This document shows positions 28,901 to 37,447 of a stretch of DNA of 64,000 nucleotides, piece after piece. A program made the translations under genes and the position numbers. Numbering within the stretch: position 1 is the first letter of the stretch; every line of letters begins with the position of its first letter. The stretch is from an uncultured virus (IMG/VR IMGVR_UViG_3300008117_000060) (lineage: Duplodnaviria > Heunggongvirae > Uroviricota > Caudoviricetes): IMG/VR virus record IMGVR_UViG_3300008117_000060; one strand, given 5' to 3'. The notes under the pieces are model-generated. The model was not told where the DNA came from, searched no databases, and saw only the letters and a list, made by a program, of their open reading frames with translations.

Positions 28901-29884
28901 GGCGGATTCTTTACTCCTGGCGACTATGGCCAAGGCGCAATCACTGGCAAGAATGAACTTCTTACTTTTGCCACTCAAAGCTTCACTGGTGGTCAATATG
29001 ACTACATGGGCGGTTTTGGCATGGGAGGCGCAACAGTTTCTCTTGAGCCTGAGAGTGCTCGCTTATCTGCTTTTGGGCGTGAAAATAGTCCAATGTTTGA
29101 ACGCGTTCAGCAATCCAAAGAAGAAGCTTTTAAGGTTTACTTAGAAGGCTTACAGAAAGAAAAAGAATACGCTGAATTACTCGACCAAATAGCTAAAAAT
29201 GAAAAAGCTCGTAAAAAACAGTTGCAAATGGCAATCATTTCAGCAGTTGTGAGTAGCGCATTGAGCTATGCTGGAAATAAATATTTCCCACAAGGATCAA
29301 AAGAATATTCTGTATTAAATAATCCTGGATTTAGAATTACTCGTACTACTTCGCAAAGGCCAAGTCAGCCAATGATAAGTGGATCGGGTGCAGCAAGTTA
29401 TTTAAGGGTATCAAATAATACATCTGCCTTGCCTCTTCCAACTTCCACAAGCGGATCATCTTCTACACCAATATTATTGCCACAAAGAACCGCTGGTGGT
29501 TTAATTTCTGGTGGTTCCAATATTCGCGATGATGTTCCAGCCATGCTCACTGGCGGCGAGTTTGTCTTGAACAATCGCGCCACTCAACGCATTGGTCTTC
29601 AAAACCTCAACAGACTCAATAGCGGAGCGCCAGTTTCTAGCGAAGGTTCTTCACCAGAGATGACTCAAACTTTGATTGCCAAGCTTGATGAACTCATTCA
29701 AACCACTGCAAACTCTTCCAAAGAAAATGTAGTTGTGAATGTTTCCACAAATGAAGCTGGTGGTCAAACAACTGAAAATCCCACTGGCACAGAAAGAGAC
29801 TTACAAAAGAAAATCCGCCAAGCTGTGCTTGATGTAATCGCTCAAGAAAAAAGACTAGGAGGGTCGCTTGAAAAATCACGATGA
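25901..29884 (+). CDS. Tape measure protein, C-terminal ORF (+1 frame)
   Basis: Coiled coil; two GG...DDVPAML.GGE.V modules; overlaps the upstream ORF by 71 nt. Confidence 0.8.
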   Translation: MVRQMDSYQISLVLQGELHKGLGDLAGKFIVLQSALSFFQGGFTEAGSVAEKFSTGLQTAVSAVFAYQAITQLRAKQEKSELLASSARRMRLSQKGMSIEAAGTLRGGAIGSLQKGYGKTMGRLSTATLGGATGAVALAGIVGKGFNDIASLFYNKSPKVAGALDLLTNAADKAANSLSQTDKAIVKRGITDLNYTSGMDTVLNSLLVLNPLRAGREGVSLSPGKKYEEQITTKPTVLAGGQTAEEFKSAQSSLFNLIYSKKRTGLDKGLEGKKLEEAQDKLLEETQLEVFRIFKAATTFSSISGLEELDLSKVFENTVVKDLIKKSDEVSKILEIQTSNIEFNKPLQIFKRTIENIIFQGAQDIEDASQDLQRRAKVISAITSSKSFATLGDSSKIAFEINSSLEQFNAEYNNKIKTFLNETQAALKDYLPELGIAQEKEEPIRKAFEAVGKATDQKGLAEALRDVVSQIQSAGVSLDNAKFQELKNKVISSTNAFSRLIKEQDNELAILQFNNQERILEAQAYDTYRNNLANFVDGIIESEKSLIKLRGEIERIDVDKETNIARRTSYAISSREALLIRQEEERKAFALKRPKELEANLQEKQIAAERDFFTKENIAELNRNTTALENLTSILAQDFIKKIDEAINFVNQSGYGLAGGAGGAVRGVPFPAGISNNQQLLDYYNNLKSAYSPLSTRSFNNQGGLQTGSEFVRQIVASIRQGNNLQTLQNEIQGFDLNQGAKDRLVEFARQVYESSQLQGATMDQTLETMEKRLKGELEINDLVNSYNGKLRDQLRSVVDSLNDPQTRGEFLLKQGVLTRGAKELSKRSEQEKRDYRSSFGYGFDEAMDKLRARTEDFRNQLGQEIPDLFSQNLAQGLNDAISGAKDLKTALTDAATAFFQEITRKNISNLADLATRGLGSLAQTGFGALGFASGGFIKGGSGTRDDVPAMLMGGEYVVKKSAVNKYGKGFFDAINSGRMRGYAAGGMVDPQTFPTQTGRGGFFTPGDYGQGAITGKNELLTFATQSFTGGQYDYMGGFGMGGATVSLEPESARLSAFGRENSPMFERVQQSKEEAFKVYLEGLQKEKEYAELLDQIAKNEKARKKQLQMAIISAVVSSALSYAGNKYFPQGSKEYSVLNNPGFRITRTTSQRPSQPMISGSGAASYLRVSNNTSALPLPTSTSGSSSTPILLPQRTAGGLISGGSNIRDDVPAMLTGGEFVLNNRATQRIGLQNLNRLNSGAPVSSEGSSPEMTQTLIAKLDELIQTTANSSKENVVVNVSTNEAGGQTTENPTGTERDLQKKIRQAVLDVIAQEKRLGGSLEKSR

Positions 29885-30684
29885 GCATAGACCGATCACT
29901 CTCAGTTCAACCATACGATCAAGTTTTTGTCGTGAATGGTGTGCAACTCTCTGGAGTTGACAGCATCAGCATAAACTATAGCGTCCCATTAGAAAACTCT
30001 TTAACACTAGGATCAACTTATGGCTATAATCTCAACAATCCTATCCAAGCCGAAATCTCTTTACAACGCAGCATGTTATACCAAGACCCGCTTTTGGGTT
30101 TTACTGGCGATTCTAGTTTTTCTGGCAGTTTGAGCTACAATGGTAAGTCTTATGGTTTCACTAGCGGCTTTTTAAACCGATACAGCATTTCCTGCACTGT
30201 TGGCGAGATTCCATCCATCTCTTGTGGCATCACTGTTTATGGAAAACTTGAACCCTCCCTTGAGGTTTTAAAAACACAAGAGAATCCAAGCATTTTTATT
30301 CCAAGCCCAAGATCAATGACGGTTTCTGGAGACAATACTTCAAACAATCGCGTCAAAAGCTTTTCTTTCGAGTATTCCATTAATCGTCAAGGCATCTATT
30401 CTCTTGATAGTGCAAAAGAAGTTGATGAGGTTGTGTTTTTGCCGCCAGTTAATGTTGCCGCTTCACTAACATTTGATGCAGTGAACATGACTCCAGAAAA
30501 TCACGAATTCTTTTTGCAGAGCGCAGAACAGAAAAATTTTGACATTTCAATCAAAAGTCGAGATAATAATAGTGAAATTATTCATCTCACGATTCCAAAC
30601 ATTCAAGAAATTTCACAAGAGCTTTCAGCAAGTTCAGATAGCTCTTTGGCCATTGTTAATAACTACATAGGATACATAGAATGA
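29881..30684 (+). CDS. Tail-tube-like distal tail protein
   Basis: RVKSFSFEYSINRQGIYSL resembles tube motifs; follows tape measure. Confidence 0.55.
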   Translation: MSIDRSLSVQPYDQVFVVNGVQLSGVDSISINYSVPLENSLTLGSTYGYNLNNPIQAEISLQRSMLYQDPLLGFTGDSSFSGSLSYNGKSYGFTSGFLNRYSISCTVGEIPSISCGITVYGKLEPSLEVLKTQENPSIFIPSPRSMTVSGDNTSNNRVKSFSFEYSINRQGIYSLDSAKEVDEVVFLPPVNVAASLTFDAVNMTPENHEFFLQSAEQKNFDISIKSRDNNSEIIHLTIPNIQEISQELSASSDSSLAIVNNYIGYIE

Positions 30685-32942
30685 ACTTGTTCTACAACAG
30701 AGACAATAACATCACTGGCGCAGCAAACCTAGCGTCTTTCAACTTTAGTCCCAACTATGGTTCAACAGTTTCGTTCTCTTGCAAAAAGAACAAGTACATG
30801 TATAACAATAATTCTTTTGCGATTATACCAACAACGCTTAATAATATTGTTGCCACATGCAGTTTTAATTTTAATGTGAATGAGAGTGATGCGCAAAACA
30901 TCATGAACTTTTTTGAGAGTCAAAGTGGAACTGGCGCTTTTGCAGTGAATGATGCTTCTCAGATTTATCGCACGCTAACTGGTTTTGCTGATGATTTCAG
31001 CATATCAATGACAACCAATAACCAATACAATATTGCTTTAAATTTTTCTGTTGAAAGAAACTCTAGCGTTCTCAATTGGAGCGGAATGTCTTTTGTAAAT
31101 TACGATTTTGTAAGTTGGGAAACTGGACAATTTTATCAAAAATATCAGCCTGTTTATTTTGAAATTCAGGCCCAAAATAAATTAGTCAATTTTTATTATG
31201 CTACCGAGGACCATACAAGCACAGCAGATAATGCTCCGCCGAACACTGGCTACTGGTCACAGTCACTATTCTATGAAAATGAACTCGGACTAACTGTTGA
31301 AACAAAACCAATGGTTTCCAGAAATGAGTTTAAAAATTCTTTTGTTCAAAGAATCAAGGACAGCGAAAACATTCACTCTTTCCAAGGATTGCAATTAACT
31401 TATAAAAATATTACTGATTTCAAGCTCAAATCTCTTCTTCACTTTTTAGAGAATTCTCTTGGATACAAAAGGTTCCAATTCAATTTGCCAAAAATTTATG
31501 ATCGCCCAAAACTGTTTTATGTTGATAGTTGGCAGCACTCTTGGAACTATCAAGACTCAAATAACCTAACAATATCAATTGTTGAAGACCCTCTCGGCAT
31601 CAAGGTCCAAGATGATGTTCCCGCTTTTCTTGTTGGACAAGCTTTAAATCAATCTTCGCTATCATATTATGCTGACCCCAAATCGTCAGCTTATGTGATT
31701 GATGCTTCTGGCGTTAAAGAAACAAAAACAGAAGGCTCTCAACAAATCAATTGGGGCAGTTATCCAGTCAAAAATTTAAAAGTTTATCGTGAGTTAGATA
31801 GCTTTTCAGCTTATAACCAAGGAGTTGAATCTGTGATTTTTTATCCACGCTGTTATGTGGGTAATTGCGATCTTTCAGTTAATCAAATCAATAGCGTTTC
31901 TTTCGAAGGGGCGAAAGATGTTGTGGGTTTAAATTTGACAGCTAATAATTTATCAACATTTTCGGCTGATGGTGTTACAGGATTGAAAAACTTAAATCTA
32001 TCAAACAATAATCTAACATCAATCGGCATCAGTGGATGCAACAGCATCACTGGTTTAAATCTTAACGAGAATCAAATATCGCAGCAGAGTTTTTCAGATG
32101 CGCTAGTTAATTTGGCTTTTGGTTCTGGGACCAGTGGCAACATTTCTGTTCTTGGAGATGTTAGCTTTTATCAATTAAATCCAACGCCGCAGTCTGGCAA
32201 TGATTATTTTTGTATTTCTTCTCTCGATTATCGCAACTGGACACAAACATATAAAAATTTAAGCTTGCCAATTCAACCAACTGGTTTTGTGGGCAGCAAC
32301 GTGTTCACGGTTTGGCTTAGAGATTCTTTCTCTGAAGCAGTAACAAACGAGTATTCTTCAAAATGGACTTCCAGCCAAAACACTTACGAAACAATCCAAG
32401 ATTACACGCCAAACCCTTCTTTGTGGGCAACTTTAAATCCAAATCAATTTTATAAAAGACCAGCATATCTATTTAATAATAGCTTGTTAACTGGTGGAGT
32501 TATCAATAATACTGGTGATTATTTATCAGCTTTTGTGGTTGCAAAGTTTGACAATAGCGGCGATCAATGCGTTTTGAATTTTTCTCCAAATAAAAATTAT
32601 GGACTATTTTATAGCGGCGGAACAGTATCATTCAGGGACGGAGCAACAGTCAATGTTTTGACAGGAAATGTTGCAACAGATCAGTATTACTCTATTGGCT
32701 TCGTGCGCAACTCAACGCATTTTACTGGCTATCTGAATGGCTTGGTTGGTAATTCTGGAACTCTCTCTGCTAGTAATTTAAATTCAATCAAGCTTTCTGT
32801 TGGGGGAGCAGAAGGCGCAACACCAAGATATTTTGCGGGTAATTTGGGCGAGGTTTTAGTTTTCTCAAATTCTTCCGCTTTTAATTTGGACCCTGCTTTT
32901 CATAAACCCTTTAACGCTAGATTTGCCATATTTGTGCCATGA
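30681..32942 (+). CDS. Minor tail protein with leucine-rich repeats and C-terminal LamG-like domain
   Basis: LNLTANNLS, LKNLNLSNNNLT, LNLNENQIS; GYLNG...FAGNLGEVLVF. Confidence 0.65.
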   Translation: MNLFYNRDNNITGAANLASFNFSPNYGSTVSFSCKKNKYMYNNNSFAIIPTTLNNIVATCSFNFNVNESDAQNIMNFFESQSGTGAFAVNDASQIYRTLTGFADDFSISMTTNNQYNIALNFSVERNSSVLNWSGMSFVNYDFVSWETGQFYQKYQPVYFEIQAQNKLVNFYYATEDHTSTADNAPPNTGYWSQSLFYENELGLTVETKPMVSRNEFKNSFVQRIKDSENIHSFQGLQLTYKNITDFKLKSLLHFLENSLGYKRFQFNLPKIYDRPKLFYVDSWQHSWNYQDSNNLTISIVEDPLGIKVQDDVPAFLVGQALNQSSLSYYADPKSSAYVIDASGVKETKTEGSQQINWGSYPVKNLKVYRELDSFSAYNQGVESVIFYPRCYVGNCDLSVNQINSVSFEGAKDVVGLNLTANNLSTFSADGVTGLKNLNLSNNNLTSIGISGCNSITGLNLNENQISQQSFSDALVNLAFGSGTSGNISVLGDVSFYQLNPTPQSGNDYFCISSLDYRNWTQTYKNLSLPIQPTGFVGSNVFTVWLRDSFSEAVTNEYSSKWTSSQNTYETIQDYTPNPSLWATLNPNQFYKRPAYLFNNSLLTGGVINNTGDYLSAFVVAKFDNSGDQCVLNFSPNKNYGLFYSGGTVSFRDGATVNVLTGNVATDQYYSIGFVRNSTHFTGYLNGLVGNSGTLSASNLNSIKLSVGGAEGATPRYFAGNLGEVLVFSNSSAFNLDPAFHKPFNARFAIFVP

Positions 32943-34642
32943 TTATTAAAAGCAATTCAATCATCTTAGCTTCTGATTTAAGTCCAGCTTTTCAAGCGGT
33001 TGGAGATTTTGCGCCATATAAGAGAGGCTTGTTTCCAATTGCTTTTGTTGATAATCTTGCGTTCGATGTTCAAGGCAATCGCATTCGCTCTAAACAAGTT
33101 GGGGGTCAAGAGTTCTCTGTCGAGAACTTGGCTTTTTCACCAACTGTTTCTCTTTCCTTTGATTATGTTTCATCGCTAACATTTGACAATGAAAACTTGC
33201 TCGGAATGTTTTTAAAAGGATGGGGAGATTTTCAATCCATCTTTAAAGGCAGCAACGGTCAATCTTGCAATCTTTATTTTATCTTGAGTGATTTGTTTGG
33301 TCTTGATTTAATTTATCAAATCAAAGATCGCGGCAATCTAAATGGTTTAGAAGTTATTTCATTTGGTAATTGCACTCTAAGCAATTACAACTTGGCCATT
33401 GCAGCGGCAACTCTTCCAAAGACTTCGATTCAAATGGAAGCAGTGAATATGGAAATGCAGGTTGTTTCCTCGAATCTTATTAATGTTCCAGCGATTAATC
33501 TTAGCGTTGGCAACAAAGATGGCGCTGCTCAACTAAGCATTAATAATTCAGAGTTCATCACTAACCTTAACGCTCTCAATACTTCTGCAACTGGTCAACC
33601 AATTTTGCCAACATATAAAACCACAGCGTTCAACATCATCACCGAAAATCCAGAAGTTCCGTCAATTCAAATCTCTCCTTGGGCAGATGCGGCAATTTCC
33701 TCGATTGGTTTTTCAATCGGAGTTGAACGCGAAGCAAGTTATGGATTTGGCAGCGACTTTATCTACGATAAGAAAATTAAGTTTCCGATTGTTGGCAACT
33801 TAAATGTTACTGCAACAGCTTTGGCGCTTAATTCTGGCGTGCCGATTCTCACAGGAGCAATGAGCAACGAGCCTTCATACTCTCTTGAACTTCAATTCAT
33901 TGATCCTAATGAATTAAAATATATTGGCCAATCTATTGCCACTCTATCTGGTTATGCCGACCAAAACTACAGCGGTTTCTTGACAAATAATAAATATTTA
34001 AAAATCAACAACGCCAAACTAGAATCACATAGTCACAACATTGATTATGCATCCAATCTCACTGTTGAGTTTGGGTTTTCTTTTGCTTGCAATGAGCAAA
34101 ATGGTTTGTTAATGAAGTGGGGCCAAAGATCAGAAAAAGAAGGTGCGCAATTGTTTACATACGAGGGTCTAAAGTTACAGTCTAGTGATGGCGAAAAGAT
34201 TGACCTTGATAATTATCTTTATTTTAATGATACTGGTTCTGCGATTATACCGTCTATCTGTGCAAGTCCAGGATTGTCAAGCGATGGCCTTCTCTTATTA
34301 ACCAGAGATAATACAACTGAAATTACCAACAGTTGCCAGTCTAATCCGCTTGGAGCTTTTACTTTTGAGGCAGCGGCGATTTATGATGCTACTGAATATG
34401 GTCAACTTTATTGGACAAATGCTTCTGGCGCTCTCGGTTATATTGTTTACCGTTCAGAAGAATCTCCAACTGGTGCTTATGTACAAATTTTTTCTGGATT
34501 AGCTAATAATTATGAAGATTATGGAGTTAGTGCTGGAGGAAATTATTACTGGTATAGTGTTGTGGCTTTTAATAATGTTTATGTTTCTAGCGGAATTTCT
34601 ACAATTTCTAGCGGCACTAATCAAATAGTTTATTTCCCATAA
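32939..34642 (+). CDS. Tail-tube-like protein with C-terminal FN3-like domain
   Basis: SPTVSLSFDY and ISFGNCTLSNYNL mirror the tube protein; LYW..GYIVYRS..YYWYSVVAFN. Confidence 0.6.
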   Translation: MIIKSNSIILASDLSPAFQAVGDFAPYKRGLFPIAFVDNLAFDVQGNRIRSKQVGGQEFSVENLAFSPTVSLSFDYVSSLTFDNENLLGMFLKGWGDFQSIFKGSNGQSCNLYFILSDLFGLDLIYQIKDRGNLNGLEVISFGNCTLSNYNLAIAAATLPKTSIQMEAVNMEMQVVSSNLINVPAINLSVGNKDGAAQLSINNSEFITNLNALNTSATGQPILPTYKTTAFNIITENPEVPSIQISPWADAAISSIGFSIGVEREASYGFGSDFIYDKKIKFPIVGNLNVTATALALNSGVPILTGAMSNEPSYSLELQFIDPNELKYIGQSIATLSGYADQNYSGFLTNNKYLKINNAKLESHSHNIDYASNLTVEFGFSFACNEQNGLLMKWGQRSEKEGAQLFTYEGLKLQSSDGEKIDLDNYLYFNDTGSAIIPSICASPGLSSDGLLLLTRDNTTEITNSCQSNPLGAFTFEAAAIYDATEYGQLYWTNASGALGYIVYRSEESPTGAYVQIFSGLANNYEDYGVSAGGNYYWYSVVAFNNVYVSSGISTISSGTNQIVYFP

Positions 34643-34643
34643 T

Positions 34644-34859
34644 ATGACAGTTCTTTTTAATTATCCAAAGGTTGAAATCTCTTCTGTTTCTGAAGTTTTG
34701 AAATCAGAAGATGGGGAAATCTATCATCTTTTATTCCTTGGGGGAGACTATTCGGATTCTGATCTGTGTATTCCATCCAAAGACGAAAGCCCCAATTATT
34801 ATTTTTATTCTGGAGATGGTCAAATTTCCGTGGTAGAAGTTCAAAATCCAAATGTTTAA
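34644..34859 (+). CDS. Small acidic hypothetical protein
   Basis: 71-aa ORF tightly packed in operon. Confidence 0.55.
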   Translation: MTVLFNYPKVEISSVSEVLKSEDGEIYHLLFLGGDYSDSDLCIPSKDESPNYYFYSGDGQISVVEVQNPNV

Positions 34860-34874
34860 AGTGTAATTCTATAT

Positions 34875-35222
34875 ATGGCCGCAGGAACATACAATTTAAC
34901 TGGTTCAAACGCAATCGAGAGAGGGGCATGTTATTCCTACTCTATTGATTTGAGCACCACAACTGGAGAATATACCCTTTCTGGCTATGCTGTATCAGGA
35001 TACCTGCGCCGAAAATGGGATGGCTCTTTTGGCCCTGATTGGACAACCAGTATTTTAAGCACTGGTTCTGGCATCATCACTTTATCGCTTGATGCTGCCA
35101 AAACATCAGAATTGTCTTATGACTCTTACGAGCAAGAGATTTTCATCTATCCGCCGAATAGTGGTTGCCCTGTTAGAATCATCAAAGGCGATGTAGATAT
35201 TCAGGGAGGGGGGTTTGAATAA
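34875..35222 (+). CDS. Fibre-adaptor (BppU N-terminal-like) protein
   Basis: IERG, GIITLSLDAAKT, RIIKG pattern. Confidence 0.55.
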   Translation: MAAGTYNLTGSNAIERGACYSYSIDLSTTTGEYTLSGYAVSGYLRRKWDGSFGPDWTTSILSTGSGIITLSLDAAKTSELSYDSYEQEIFIYPPNSGCPVRIIKGDVDIQGGGFE

Positions 35223-36421
35223 TGCCTACTGATATTTCAGTTGTAATCAATCCCCCTGAGCAAGTTAATGCAACCCTACAAACCAATCCAAACCAGATTG
35301 ATTTGACAGTGAATCAATTTGGGGATGTCCCACCGCACGCAACAACTCACGCTCCAAATGGAAGCGATTCGCTTGGCGCTTATTATATCACTGGTGACGT
35401 TGTTCGCCCAAGCGAAACTGGTAGTTTTATTACCACTGGTCAAACTGGACAGTTTGCTACAACTGGTCAATTGTCTTTTAGTAATACCGAAGTTATTACT
35501 GGCGATACAACACTTGCTGCAAACAAATCTTATTTAGTAAGAATACCGCCTGGTTCACCCTCTTCTACTCTAAATGTTTATTTGCCATCTAATCCACAGA
35601 GCGGTAGTTTCATTGAATTACAAACAGAATTTCTTGAATCTGGATGGGGATTTGCCAAAGGTTTAAATATTAACGCCAACGGTAATTTAGCAACTGGTTG
35701 GCAAAATGAAATTTCATGGACTGGAGATTTTTCTATTTTTGCTCCCCTTCAAGCTCCATTATTTGCTGATTTGGTATATAATGGATCAGCGTGGATTTAT
35801 ACTTATAAAGGTCCAGATTTAAGCTTTGGCAGAATTTATTATGCGGGGCCAGGCGCTCTTTTAACTGTTGGTAGTAATTATCGAATATCTTCTGTTAATT
35901 CAGGCATTTTTGCCGCCGCTAGTCAAACTGGACAGTTTATTACAACTGGTCAAACAGGTCGGTTTGTAAGCACTGGTTCTACAGGTTCTTTTATAACATC
36001 ATCTCAAACTGGACAATTCGTTTGGACTGGCTCAACAGGCAATTTTATTACAGGATCAGTAGTTAGACCTTCTGAAACAGGTTCGTTTTTAACAACCTCT
36101 CAAACAGGCAGCTTCATCTCAGCCTCTCAAACAGGCGGATTTGTTGGCACAGGTCAAACAGGCTTTTATACTGGTGTTTTTTATCCATATTCATCTAATC
36201 CAAATGGATATGTTCAAGGTGCTGTTGTGCGCCCTTCGCAAACTGGACAGTTTGTTGGCACTGGTTCTACAGGTTCATTTATATCCGTAAGCGGAGGCTC
36301 ACACGGCGATATTCTTTATCGTGGACCTTCATCATGGGTGCTTTTACCAGCAGGAACCAGCGGCCAATTTCTTAAAACAAACGGCAGTGGCGCAAATCCT
36401 GTATGGGCATCAATACTTTAA
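35222..36421 (+). CDS. Tail fibre with TG-rich repeats
   Basis: Repeated VVRPSETGSF / QTGQF; C-terminal GDILY...GQFLKTNGSGANPVW. Confidence 0.7.
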   Translation: MPTDISVVINPPEQVNATLQTNPNQIDLTVNQFGDVPPHATTHAPNGSDSLGAYYITGDVVRPSETGSFITTGQTGQFATTGQLSFSNTEVITGDTTLAANKSYLVRIPPGSPSSTLNVYLPSNPQSGSFIELQTEFLESGWGFAKGLNINANGNLATGWQNEISWTGDFSIFAPLQAPLFADLVYNGSAWIYTYKGPDLSFGRIYYAGPGALLTVGSNYRISSVNSGIFAAASQTGQFITTGQTGRFVSTGSTGSFITSSQTGQFVWTGSTGNFITGSVVRPSETGSFLTTSQTGSFISASQTGGFVGTGQTGFYTGVFYPYSSNPNGYVQGAVVRPSQTGQFVGTGSTGSFISVSGGSHGDILYRGPSSWVLLPAGTSGQFLKTNGSGANPVWASIL

Positions 36422-36829
36422 TTAACAGTTTAACCAATCTCTTTCATTGATTGGATAGAGAACAGTTAGTTCTTCGCCTTCGTTAATTTCTCTAGCGGAG
36501 AAATAAATATCTGCATTTTCGTCATGAATTAAGTTTGGCGTTTCAGAATGATTGACGTAAAAACTCAAATCAATTTGATCCAAAAAACCATCAATAAAGA
36601 ACCCGTCTTTGTCTGAGTGACAGATATATCGGATGTAATTTTTGATAGCGTCCGATACGTCAGATATTTCACTCCAGCAAATAAAATGGTTTTCTGCTCT
36701 TGGAGCGAAGATTGGATAGTCTTTGGGAATCTTAGAGAGCGCAAAAACTCCAACTCCTGCGCCATTAATCTTTGAAACGCCAAGCTTACATTGTGGCAGT
36801 TTGAGGTTCTGTATAATGGATTGGCGCAT
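36422..36829 (-). CDS. SET-domain lysine methyltransferase
   Basis: GVGVFA, YVNHS..PN, REINEGEELTVLY. Confidence 0.85.
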   Translation of the reverse strand: MRQSIIQNLKLPQCKLGVSKINGAGVGVFALSKIPKDYPIFAPRAENHFICWSEISDVSDAIKNYIRYICHSDKDGFFIDGFLDQIDLSFYVNHSETPNLIHDENADIYFSAREINEGEELTVLYPINERDWLNC

Positions 36830-37445
36830 CGGAAAATTCAGTCATGTAGCTATAATCTGTAAACTTGTTTCTCTTGTTTTCAACTGAATAAATATTTAAG
36901 TCAATTTTATATCCTGGATTTTTATCTATTGGGTTGTAAACCCATGCGTCATCGTGCCAGATGATGCGGTTGTTAGGATAAGCGTAAAAGTTGCCATTAT
37001 CCATTTTAAATAAGTGGGCGCATTTATGCTCTGGAGTTTCGCTGAAATTAGTGTCTAAAACGCTTTTATTTTCCCAACTCCAATCAAGAGTGAACAAGTA
37101 TTCACCGCACTCTTTTGTGTTTGATGGAGTGATTAATTTGGCGCGTAAACCACGCAGTCTTTGACGCACCTGAACGTCAATATAGGGAGAGAAGCAGTCC
37201 CAATACATTGCTTGTTCAAGCGGCACAGGATCGCATTGTTTCCAGCAAAATGCTGTGATTGGTCGCCGTGTCCAATTCACGCCATTATTTAAATATGCCT
37301 CAAAAAGCGGCACACGCTTCTCAATAGAAGCAACAGAATGAACATCTGCTGGTGTATATTCGCCGTGACCTTTTTCGTGGTTAAATAAATATTCGTTTCG
37401 GATTAAACAAGTAATCGTTGGAATATTATGATTGAGATAGGCCAT
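36786..37445 (-). CDS. Hypothetical phage protein
   Basis: 219-aa ORF; W/C/H-rich (WDCFS, EHKCAH, YPNNR). Confidence 0.7.
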   Translation of the reverse strand: MAYLNHNIPTITCLIRNEYLFNHEKGHGEYTPADVHSVASIEKRVPLFEAYLNNGVNWTRRPITAFCWKQCDPVPLEQAMYWDCFSPYIDVQVRQRLRGLRAKLITPSNTKECGEYLFTLDWSWENKSVLDTNFSETPEHKCAHLFKMDNGNFYAYPNNRIIWHDDAWVYNPIDKNPGYKIDLNIYSVENKRNKFTDYSYMTEFSDAPIHYTEPQTATM

Positions 37446-37447
37446 AA

